64,000 nucleotides of DNA, taken from positions 3,328,001 through 3,392,000 of the forward strand of contig OZ242260.1 in assembly GCA_965207065.1 (NCBI GenBank), in the 5' to 3' direction. The notes beneath the pieces were generated by a model, which saw nothing but the letters and a program-made list of their open reading frames with translations, ran no database searches and was not told the DNA's origin. Source of the stretch: a bacterium (lineage in GTDB: Bacteria; UBA8248). The position numbers and the translations under genes were made by a program. Positions 9,253 through 18,095 of the stretch are shown here, one piece after another (within the stretch, counting starts at the first letter, position 1; the number at the start of each line of letters is the position of its first letter).

Positions 9253-10665
9253 TCACGATTCATCGATTTTGGCCAATGCAGTGTTGAGTCGAAGGATAGT
9301 TCTGTCTTTCCCGAGAAGGCTGATCGTTTCAAAAATACCCGGACTGATGGTCCCACCCGTAATGGCGACGCGCACCGGTTGAGCCAGTTTGCCGAGCTTT
9401 ATTGTCTCTTCTTCCATAACTAGATGGAAAACTGATTTGACGTTTTCAGTTGAAAATGTCTCGATTTTGGTTAATTCATCCCGCAACTTCATTATCAAAC
9501 CCGAGTTTTCTGGATTTAAGAATTTTGAAGCGGCCTTCTCGTCAAACTCGATTTCATTTTCAAAGAAAAAACGAGCACCATCAATCATATCCGATATAGT
9601 TCTCGAGCGTGTTCTGAGCTCATTCACAATTCCCTTGCGTGTTCCGTGCGTCAGTAAATCTGGTAATAAGCCTCGCTCTTTAAGGCCTGTATCGAGCGAT
9701 TCGACAAGAAAATCGCCATCGGCCGATTTGATGTATTCCTGATTCAACCACAATAATTTCTCGGGATTAAAGATTGCGGCGGATCTGTTTAAATGTTCCA
9801 AAGAAAAGTTTTCGACGATCTCTTTTTTGGTGAAAATCTCCTGATCTCCATGACTCCAGCCGAGCCGAACGAGATAGTTGATCAGCGCTTCAGGGAGAAA
9901 CCCCCGGTCTCTATATTCCAGTACCGAATCTGCACCATGGCGCTTAGATAGTCTTTTTTTATCAGGTCCCAATATCATCGATATGTGTGCGAAATTTGGC
10001 GTAGGTTCTTCCAGGGCTTTATAGACCAGGACTTGTTTTGGGGTATTGGATAGGTGATCGTTGCCACGTATCACGTGAGTGATCTTCATATCGATGTCAT
10101 CGATGGCCACGCAGAAATTGTATGTTGGCGTCCCGTCGGTGCGAACAATAACCATATCGTCGAGTTGTGAGTTCTCGAACACTACCTCCCCGGCGAGGAT
10201 GTCGTCGACTATCGTTTCCCCGGCATCGGGCGTACGGAGTCGAAGACAAAATGGGACATTCGGGTCTTTGTCGTATCGACCTCGACATGTGCCGTCGTAT
10301 TTCGGAGTTTTACCCTCGGCGCGAGCTTTTTCACGCATGGCGTTCACTTGGTCTGGCGTGCATGTACACCGATAGGCGGCGCCGGACGACAGGAGTTTGT
10401 TGACTGATTCCTTATAAATATCCATCCGTTGAGATTGACGATATGGACCTTCGTCCCACTCGAGACCCAGCCAGTCGAATGCCTCCATGATTGCGTCGTA
10501 GTATTCTTCCGTAGATCGTTGGCGGTCGGTATCTTCGATTCTCAAAATAGCTGTTCCTGCATGATGTTTCGCAAAAAACCAATTGAACAATGCGGTGCGC
10601 GCACCGCCGATATGGAGGTGGCCCGTGTTGGATGGAGCAAATCGAACTCGGATATCTGAATGCAT
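9253..10665 (-). CDS. gltX: Glutamate--tRNA ligase
   Basis: RVRFAPSNTGHLHIGG (HIGH), RIEDTD, RLSKR (KMSKS-like), C-terminal anticodon-binding domain. Confidence 0.97.
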   Translation of the reverse strand: MHSDIRVRFAPSNTGHLHIGGARTALFNWFFAKHHAGTAILRIEDTDRQRSTEEYYDAIMEAFDWLGLEWDEGPYRQSQRMDIYKESVNKLLSSGAAYRCTCTPDQVNAMREKARAEGKTPKYDGTCRGRYDKDPNVPFCLRLRTPDAGETIVDDILAGEVVFENSQLDDMVIVRTDGTPTYNFCVAIDDIDMKITHVIRGNDHLSNTPKQVLVYKALEEPTPNFAHISMILGPDKKRLSKRHGADSVLEYRDRGFLPEALINYLVRLGWSHGDQEIFTKKEIVENFSLEHLNRSAAIFNPEKLLWLNQEYIKSADGDFLVESLDTGLKERGLLPDLLTHGTRKGIVNELRTRSRTISDMIDGARFFFENEIEFDEKAASKFLNPENSGLIMKLRDELTKIETFSTENVKSVFHLVMEEETIKLGKLAQPVRVAITGGTISPGIFETISLLGKDRTILRLNTALAKIDES

Positions 10666-10836
10666 AAATTAATTATCCTCAATTAAACTGCGGAGGTTTC
10701 GAGACAGCAGGTGTGGATTCTAGGGATGATGAGTGGGTGATTGCAAGGAGGGTCTTGCGATGACCTTGCGTTTGGGGCTCTAAAAGTCAACAATCGGAAA
10801 ATCAATTCGAAACGAAAACCAAGGAGGAGTGGGCGG

Positions 10837-11166
10837 ATGCAGTATTTCTATGATCTGGCGGAAATTGAACCCCAAAAGATGCCGGGCAGGGAGCGTAGGC
10901 TAGTTGTCGGTGAACAGGTCATGATGTTGTATATCGAAAGAGAAGGCGGAACGGAGCAGAACCATACTCATGATGTAGAGCAGCTTGTATATCTCATGAA
11001 AGGCGAAGCTACATTTACAGTCGCCGGTGAAACGCGCAAGGTCAAAGCGGGTCAGGTGGTTCACATACCGAAAGGGGTGCCGCATCAGCTGGATGCGCCG
11101 ACACCCATTACATATATCGGTATATATTCTCCTTTGCGTGAGGAAGCGATTCGAGCAGATGCGTGA
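10837..11166 (+). CDS. Cupin domain protein
   Basis: HTHDVEQ and IPKGVPH metal-binding motifs; AGGAGGAG RBS. Confidence 0.85.
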   Translation: MQYFYDLAEIEPQKMPGRERRLVVGEQVMMLYIEREGGTEQNHTHDVEQLVYLMKGEATFTVAGETRKVKAGQVVHIPKGVPHQLDAPTPITYIGIYSPLREEAIRADA

Positions 11167-11187
11167 GTGTTGCCAATAAAAGTCTTG

Positions 11188-11583
11188 TTAGTCGGGATAT
11201 TTCCAGCCCTCTTCTTTGAGTTCATCCATTGCTTCAAGCATGCAGGTGACCCCATAGGTGAGCACCTTGGAGCCTGCAGGGTTTACACATACCATGAGCG
11301 CTTCTGCAATTTCTTCTGGATGCAAACCTAGCTTGAGCCCTTTTTTCAGATGTTGTTTGAGGTGAGGCTGGTTATGTGGGTTAGAACCCTCAACGGCGAG
11401 GGCTAATATATGAAAGAGTTCATGCATTGTTTCATCGAATCTTCTCTCTTTCGCACGAATGATCTCATCGAGATGTAAAAGCGCTTCCATGTAGTCGGGA
11501 AATTTTTCGGCAATGAATTCATGGGCCGGGTATCTGCGTCCTCTGCGTTCGGCGATTTCTTCCGCTAAATTTTTTTCTGGCAT
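11188..11583 (-). CDS. CMD/AhpD-fold protein without CxxC
   Basis: HELFHILALA...HLKKGLKLGLHPEEIAEAL matches the CMD helical pattern. Confidence 0.7.
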   Translation of the reverse strand: MPEKNLAEEIAERRGRRYPAHEFIAEKFPDYMEALLHLDEIIRAKERRFDETMHELFHILALAVEGSNPHNQPHLKQHLKKGLKLGLHPEEIAEALMVCVNPAGSKVLTYGVTCMLEAMDELKEEGWKYPD

Positions 11584-11604
11584 TGTGAACCTCACTCTAA
11601 GGAA

Positions 11605-11970
11605 TCATTCGATTTCGTCAAAAAAATCAAGATCGTCCAATGGTTTCTTCCGGCCTTGCAGCGTGTCGAGCAGTACATTCCTGAGAGCGCGAATGGCGCG
11701 ATTCCTGGCTTGGCGGTCAATCATTTCGTAGACGATTTCGGTAGCTTCGTCATTTTGGGAGTCTAAAATTCTACGAGAAGATTGCTCCGCCCATTCGTCA
11801 GCGTACCTCTGGAGAACCTGGCGTAAACTGGCCTCGTAAATTCTGTTTTGTGTTATGCGGTCAAGAATGTGAACGATATCCGACGTGAAGGCATCGACGG
11901 TTTCTCTCGAAACATCGACTTCTCCAAGATGAAACATTAGTCTTTGGTAAATCTGTTCACGAAAATCCAA
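11605..11970 (-). CDS. Hypothetical helical protein
   Basis: 121-aa ORF co-oriented with its neighbours; GGAG RBS before the TTG start; no family recognised. Confidence 0.6.
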   Translation of the reverse strand: MDFREQIYQRLMFHLGEVDVSRETVDAFTSDIVHILDRITQNRIYEASLRQVLQRYADEWAEQSSRRILDSQNDEATEIVYEMIDRQARNRAIRALRNVLLDTLQGRKKPLDDLDFFDEIE

Positions 11971-12043
11971 GTCTACTCCGAGATATGGCCGCAGGAGACG
12001 AAACTATCAAATTGTTGTGCTTTTGCGAAAGTAGGCGAACACA

Positions 12044-13339
12044 TCATTTCCTCTGGCTATGCAGAGTCGACTTCCTGGTTTCCGGCGTTAGCCATAGCAA
12101 GGCGCCACCTACAAGGAAAAAGACGAGCACGGATAATATTGCTGTTCTTTGCTCTCCAGTTAGGGCGGAAACACCGCCGAAAACAAGTGGACCGAGAACT
12201 GAACTCATTTTGCCGCAAATACCATAAAACGAAAATGATTGTGCGGATCTTTTCTCAGGAATGTAGCTGGCCATCAGTGCGCGGCTTGCGGATTGGCTGG
12301 AACCGAGGGAAAGCCCCGCCAGTAACGAGACGCCCAGAAAGACATATTTCGTTTCAGTGAAATAGGCCACGATGACGACAATACACCAATTCACCAGAGT
12401 CAGAAGAATCGTTTTTCGCGGTCCCCAGGCATCCGTTAAATATCCGAGCGTAAACGCGCCGATGCCGGCCGAGACTTGGACCATAATGAATAAGCTTAAC
12501 ACTTCGCCCATACTGAACTTCAGTGTTGAGACTGCATAGATCGAACTGAAAGAGATGACGGTGACAATTCCGTCGTTATAGAGGAAAAAGGCAATCAGGA
12601 ATCTGAGTGCGCCTGGAGTCTTTCTCGTGTCCCGCAGTGTTTTCAATAATTCTGCGAAAGCGCCTTTTTCGCTTTCTTTGGCGGAATTCATTTTGGCCTC
12701 GTGAAGCCAAAAAATTAAAGGGAGTGTAAACAGGCCATAAAACCCAGCGACCGCAACGAAGCTCATGCGGAACAAGGGAAGATTTTCCGGTGAGAAGCCT
12801 CCGGCCAACAAAGGTTTGACTAAAAAAAGACAAAGTAGTCCACCCAAATATCCAAGCCCCCAGCCCCATCCGCTCACTTTCCCGATGGTTTTAGGTGTAG
12901 AGACGTCAGGCAAAAAAGAGTTGTAGAAGATGAGAGAACTCTCGAATGCAGCGGTGGCGATAATGAATAGCGCCATGCCAGTGAAGATCATGCCGGCGGT
13001 TACATTCCCCAAAAGAGCGGTGGCCATAACGCAAATATAGGCGAAAAGAATCAAGAAGCGTTTCCGGGCGCTTTGCCTGTCAGCGATTGCACTTAAAGGT
13101 GGGGTGATGGTCACGCTTACAATCATGGCTATGGAGAGAGATACTCCCCACAGGAAGTCTCCACTCCCACCACCGCCCGCTACGATTTGCTTGAAATAGA
13201 CGCTATACGCAACAGTTACGATTAAAGTTGGAAAGGCAGAGTTTGCGAAGTCGTACATGCACCAGGAGAAAATTTCTCGTCCTTGGCTTGATTTCAGTCG
13301 GTAGGGGTTTTTGTCAGGTCCATCGGAATTTTTCTTCAT
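12044..13339 (-). CDS. MFS transporter, UMF1/Atg22-like
   Basis: SWCMYDFANSAF, FYNSFL, SGWGWGLGYLGG, FLYNDG, QSASRA. Confidence 0.9.
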   Translation of the reverse strand: MKKNSDGPDKNPYRLKSSQGREIFSWCMYDFANSAFPTLIVTVAYSVYFKQIVAGGGGSGDFLWGVSLSIAMIVSVTITPPLSAIADRQSARKRFLILFAYICVMATALLGNVTAGMIFTGMALFIIATAAFESSLIFYNSFLPDVSTPKTIGKVSGWGWGLGYLGGLLCLFLVKPLLAGGFSPENLPLFRMSFVAVAGFYGLFTLPLIFWLHEAKMNSAKESEKGAFAELLKTLRDTRKTPGALRFLIAFFLYNDGIVTVISFSSIYAVSTLKFSMGEVLSLFIMVQVSAGIGAFTLGYLTDAWGPRKTILLTLVNWCIVVIVAYFTETKYVFLGVSLLAGLSLGSSQSASRALMASYIPEKRSAQSFSFYGICGKMSSVLGPLVFGGVSALTGEQRTAILSVLVFFLVGGALLWLTPETRKSTLHSQRK

Positions 13340-13499
13340 ATAGGTGCTTTATCGGTATGGGGAAAGGTTCTATCGAAAAAATCACAGGAGAAACAAAATA
13401 TTTATATTCCTCTAATGTTATATTATCAGGGAGTGGAGTGAAATCTAAATTATTCTTTGAGCCACGAGCCGCCTTCGATTTTTCCTATAAGAGTTCCGT

Positions 13500-16400
13500 A
13501 TGTATCGATTCCTAAAATGGGCAGTCTGGTGTGCTGGCTTATTTTTCGTTTTCGTCATTGTTGTGATCATAGCTGTGCAAATATTTCTTTCCTCCGATGA
13601 AATAATCAGAATCGCGGAGAGGGAAGGACAAAAAATCCTAGGAAGAAAAGTATCCATCGAGCGGCTGAATGTGGGATTGTTCAAGATCGAAGCGAGTGGA
13701 ATCGTCATCGACGGGCAAACAAAAAAAAGCGGGGTTAAGGGAAATGCCCCATTTGTTCGATTCGACGATGTTGAAATACTACTAAATCCATCGACCCTGA
13801 TATACAAGCGTATCAGCATTCTCCAATTTACTATCAAAAGCGCCTCCGCCCGCGTGCATCGGGATGCGCACGGCAGGTTCAATTTCCAAGACATCATCGA
13901 CAACCTGAACCAGGGAACCAGCAAAGCGGCTTCGGCGCGTGGGGGAAATACGTTTTCATTCATAAAGTCCGCCGAGGCGGCGGAGAGCGTCTCGCAAGGT
14001 TCTGAATCAGAATTCAGTTTTATCATTCACGAACTCGACCTTTATGACGTAAAAGCCGAATTGCGATTCGATACCGGTGACGCCACGCTGGCTATCGATG
14101 GTTCATGTTCTTTTGCTCACATTGAAGTCGACAAAATAACGTCTGGTAAGCCCCTGGACGTTTTTCTCGACGGAAAATGCCGGAGGCCGGACGGACAACA
14201 ACTCATCGAATTGAAAGGCAATGCGCGTGTTGACATGAAAGGCCCGAGTTATCGAGCATCGTTCGAGGTGCCCCTGCTTGATTCGTCTGTCCTGCCTGTG
14301 GTGGCGCCGACAATCCCTGGTTATCGATTCAGGCAAGGAATTTTCTCTGGAAAATTGAAGTTCGATTATGTCGCCGACAAACCTGTTGCCTGGGATATCG
14401 ATTTGAATGGCCAAAATATATTCGCGGATTATCAATTATATCAACGAGTAAATCTGCGAAAGTTGGCGTTGCCCAAGTTGAAGTTGAAGACTAAGGGCCG
14501 ATTCAATCCGCTCGATGGCTCCGCTCGGATCGAAACTTTCTTTTTCGAAACGACTTTTTTGGATTCGAAACTGACAAAACCTTTCCTTTGGAACGTCTCG
14601 GCGCGAGATGAAGTTCATGCGGAAGTGAACATCCGCGATATGAGAGAGGTGGGCAGCTGGATTTCCCAAATCATGGACATTCCTCTTCCAAGTCTAAAAG
14701 AGAGCGCGACGGCTCAAATTCTGGTATCGGCGAAGCGGGACCGCAGGATTTCGGACGATTTCTCCCGAATAGAGTTGGACTCTCGTTTCGATCCGGTTGA
14801 CTTGGCCCAGTTTAGTGGATTCTTCCCCTCCGTTGAAAACGTCGAGAGACCCAAAGGAATTGTGGGCGGAAAAGCGCGCGTGGTTTTTGTCTATGGCGAG
14901 CGGGTTCAGTGGGATGTGGCTTTGGAAACCAGGGACTTCGGCGCGAGCGTAAGAGTGAACAAGGGAAAGCAATGGGAGACCCTAGAACTGGGCAGCGGCA
15001 TTCTTCATACGAGAGGAAAATTCGACATGAAGAATGGTTCCGCGGATGTCAACGCTCTGGAAATCAAGTTGCCATTCGCCACGGCGAAACTCGAAAGGCC
15101 AGCGAAATGGAACGTAGATGGCAATGATGAAGCCGCATTTTCTATAGATGTGCGTGATTTCTCATCCGCGAGTGTTCTGCTGGAGCAACTAGGGCTGGTA
15201 TCGCTGGAAGGTATTCCGAGAGATGCCAAAATCCGTTTTCACACAGCCGTGTCGAGAAACCGGACTATTCCCTCGGCCTTCAGGGTAGATACGAAGGCGC
15301 GATTTGAATCTTTGCCGGCCGCGCCACTCTTTGATTTGGTCCCCTTGCCCGGCTATGTGCAACATGCCACCGGCTGGTTGAGCGGTGAGTTGCAGGTGGC
15401 CTCAACTCCGGAGGGCGCTCTTAGGTGGGAAGCGGATATCGTCGGAAAGAAACTCCGTGCGAGAACCAGGATAATTGCCAAGGAACAATGGCAAGATGTA
15501 GCACTGGAATCTTTGCGAATTCAATCGAGCGGTTCTTATCTCGCCTCAGAAGATTCTTCTGAAATACAAACTCTGGATTTGAAGCTTCCCTTTGCGAGAG
15601 TGTATCTGGACCGCGTGGCTATGTGGAATCAAAGAAGTCAGGATAAATTTTCGTTGACGCTCGATGTCACGGATTTGAGTGCTGCAAAAGTATGGTTGGG
15701 TGAGTTGATAGAGCGTCCCATTAAAGCAGGACCAAAGAATAAAAAATTGAAAATTTCGTTATCGGGGACGAGAAACAGAAAAGATGGACCTGGGTTTTCC
15801 TTTAACGGATCCGCGTCCTTCGATCCTGTTCAAGTGTCTCCCTGGATGCCATTCGTGAGCCTCCCAACTGCTTTTCGTAATCCGACCGGAGAGATTGCCG
15901 GGAAAATTGGGTTTTCATACATTCCCGAGAAAAAGGCAAATTGGAATCTCGTCCTTACCAGCGAAGATATGAGAGGGGAATTCCTTGCGCTGATGAGCCG
16001 CAATTGGAGGCCGCTTCGCACGGGCAAGTTCCGCGTGGAGACTGTGGGTTCTTATGACTTTCGTAATCAAACCGGGACGCTTCACAATCTGAACCTGAAC
16101 ATGCCTTTCGGACATGTTCAGACATCCAGGCCTGCCATTTGGAGCACGAACGGATTCCATTCGGGCCGATTCCAATGGACGTTATCGAGCCTAGGTGGCG
16201 CGGCCCGGTTCGCCGGAAATATTTTGGGAGCTCCGATTTCGAAGTTTTCGATGATCGGCTCCGCCAATGGTTCTATGGAAATTTCGAGAGGCGGAAAGAA
16301 AACGCAATCAACTTCCACTAAATGGTCATTTTCGGCGAATCTCTCATCGCTTGCGCATTTTGCTTACCCGAATTTGAATGTAGCGGGAAGTTTTTCGGGG

Positions 16401-17612
16401 CAGGTGGATGAAGAGGTGATAGAAATTCGGATTCCGATGCTCAAGACAATTAATATCAGCAAACCGAATCCAGAACCCGACGTTATTCTTCGAAACTTGA
16501 GCACAACACTGGATCGTTCGTCAATCTTGCGCGGAGAGATACGGTCGTCAAGCGTTCTGATCAAAAAATTAAACCTCCGATACGTGCGACATGAAAAGGG
16601 ACAGACGAATTTCGACTCTTTGCTCAAGACTGCGAAAGCGGCTGAGAAACGAACTCGGCGAGGTGATGGCCGAGAAAAAATGGCAACATCAGACAGGGAA
16701 ACCACATCCAAGCAACTCCAGAAGACCGGGAAAAATGAGAATGGGTCACTTTTCCCGGCGGTCAACATCGCGAAATTCGAAGTAGCCAGGATGAAATTTC
16801 ACTTTCAGGATTTTATCGCTGCGGACAAACCGCCCGTAGTTTTGAGGATTCCAGACGCCAGGCTTTCGATAAGAAACCTAGATACGTTGATGGCTCCGAA
16901 CTTACGGAAAACGCACCTGGAGTATAGAACACTCGGAAAATCTCCATCGCTCCTCGTGAAGGCGAACCTGAATCCCGCTTCGGCGCCCCCTGATGCGGAT
17001 GGAATTTTCAACCTCTCGCATTTCGACCTGCGCAAAATTTCTCCTTATATCCGAGACAGCAAAGGAGAGAGTGCAAGCGCCTTGTTGATGAGAGGGAGCG
17101 AGATCACGAGAGGCGCGCTGGAGTTCAAGTCCACATATTCGTTGAGAAAGAGCCAATTGAATTTAGACGGGAAGGCGAAACTAATCGGATTGCGCATGAA
17201 ACCAGACGAGACGTTTCCCTTGGTCGACATCGTGGTGAAATTGCTCCGTGAGACGGTGTTCCGTCTTTTCGAGAGGCCGGACGATACGATTGAATTGAAC
17301 GTTCGGGTAACCGGGCGTTTGGATGACCCCGAGTTTCATGTTCTGGACGCGATTGTGGAGCCCTTGTTTGTGAACCTGTTCGAGAAGGCGCTGAACCTGG
17401 GAGGCAATGTAAAGGATATCGTAACAGGTATTCTCGATACCGCCATTGAGGGGGTGCAAAAAATAGTACCGACGCCGGAGGATGGACGAACAGCGCCCGA
17501 CAATAGTTCTGGAAAAGAACCTGGGGGAGAAGGAAGTAAACTCGAGCAGTTTGGGAAAAAACTCGAAAAAACCTTGCAAAAAGGACTCCGCGGCTTATTC
17601 GGCGTCAAGTAA
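13500..17612 (+). CDS. Large AsmA-like / DUF748 domain protein (putative bridge-like lipid transfer protein)
   Basis: N-terminal TM anchor, HRDAHGRFNFQDI AsmA-type motif, beta-rich body, C-terminal IELNVRVTGRLDDPEF motif. Confidence 0.75.
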   Translation: MYRFLKWAVWCAGLFFVFVIVVIIAVQIFLSSDEIIRIAEREGQKILGRKVSIERLNVGLFKIEASGIVIDGQTKKSGVKGNAPFVRFDDVEILLNPSTLIYKRISILQFTIKSASARVHRDAHGRFNFQDIIDNLNQGTSKAASARGGNTFSFIKSAEAAESVSQGSESEFSFIIHELDLYDVKAELRFDTGDATLAIDGSCSFAHIEVDKITSGKPLDVFLDGKCRRPDGQQLIELKGNARVDMKGPSYRASFEVPLLDSSVLPVVAPTIPGYRFRQGIFSGKLKFDYVADKPVAWDIDLNGQNIFADYQLYQRVNLRKLALPKLKLKTKGRFNPLDGSARIETFFFETTFLDSKLTKPFLWNVSARDEVHAEVNIRDMREVGSWISQIMDIPLPSLKESATAQILVSAKRDRRISDDFSRIELDSRFDPVDLAQFSGFFPSVENVERPKGIVGGKARVVFVYGERVQWDVALETRDFGASVRVNKGKQWETLELGSGILHTRGKFDMKNGSADVNALEIKLPFATAKLERPAKWNVDGNDEAAFSIDVRDFSSASVLLEQLGLVSLEGIPRDAKIRFHTAVSRNRTIPSAFRVDTKARFESLPAAPLFDLVPLPGYVQHATGWLSGELQVASTPEGALRWEADIVGKKLRARTRIIAKEQWQDVALESLRIQSSGSYLASEDSSEIQTLDLKLPFARVYLDRVAMWNQRSQDKFSLTLDVTDLSAAKVWLGELIERPIKAGPKNKKLKISLSGTRNRKDGPGFSFNGSASFDPVQVSPWMPFVSLPTAFRNPTGEIAGKIGFSYIPEKKANWNLVLTSEDMRGEFLALMSRNWRPLRTGKFRVETVGSYDFRNQTGTLHNLNLNMPFGHVQTSRPAIWSTNGFHSGRFQWTLSSLGGAARFAGNILGAPISKFSMIGSANGSMEISRGGKKTQSTSTKWSFSANLSSLAHFAYPNLNVAGSFSGQVDEEVIEIRIPMLKTINISKPNPEPDVILRNLSTTLDRSSILRGEIRSSSVLIKKLNLRYVRHEKGQTNFDSLLKTAKAAEKRTRRGDGREKMATSDRETTSKQLQKTGKNENGSLFPAVNIAKFEVARMKFHFQDFIAADKPPVVLRIPDARLSIRNLDTLMAPNLRKTHLEYRTLGKSPSLLVKANLNPASAPPDADGIFNLSHFDLRKISPYIRDSKGESASALLMRGSEITRGALEFKSTYSLRKSQLNLDGKAKLIGLRMKPDETFPLVDIVVKLLRETVFRLFERPDDTIELNVRVTGRLDDPEFHVLDAIVEPLFVNLFEKALNLGGNVKDIVTGILDTAIEGVQKIVPTPEDGRTAPDNSSGKEPGGEGSKLEQFGKKLEKTLQKGLRGLFGVK

Positions 17613-18095
17613 TTCAACGAGAAGATCCCTTTTTGAGGCGCAGTGTATTGTGAGAATGCCCTTATCAACAAAAAATGAAGGAGAGTTGAACCGTCAGGCG
17701 CCAAACATTTTTGGAGTCGGGAGTGGGGGTGTGGAGAGCGCGTATTCGGTTTGAGCACCGTTAGATGCTGCGCTTGGTTGGAAAATGGACAATGCGCTTT
17801 TGATGTCTTGGCATATACTAAAGTGGATACAAATAGTATCTGCTGGCACGGGTTAACAGATAATACGCTTACCTTACCTGCTTTCCATTCTTAGCTTGTA
17901 GTTACTTCGGCATGGAGCATGAACGCCAGCCATGTCACTCAACTTTGCCATGATGATGACTATATTTTAGTGAGTTTGATTAACCTCAAACTTTTCTTGC
18001 ATTTCCCGCCTTAATTTGATAGTGTTTCTAGGTATTCCTCTGCCCGAGGACACATATCCCATTCTGTAAGTGGGTGGGAAAATAGGATTCAGTTT

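Noticed and set aside
17613-18095. ncRNA, riboswitch or sigma54 promoter in the ~480-bp gap before ftsK
   Set aside because: I recognised no RNA family, and the TGGCAC/TGGCAT hits lack the -12 GC. An Rfam search is needed to exclude an RNA.
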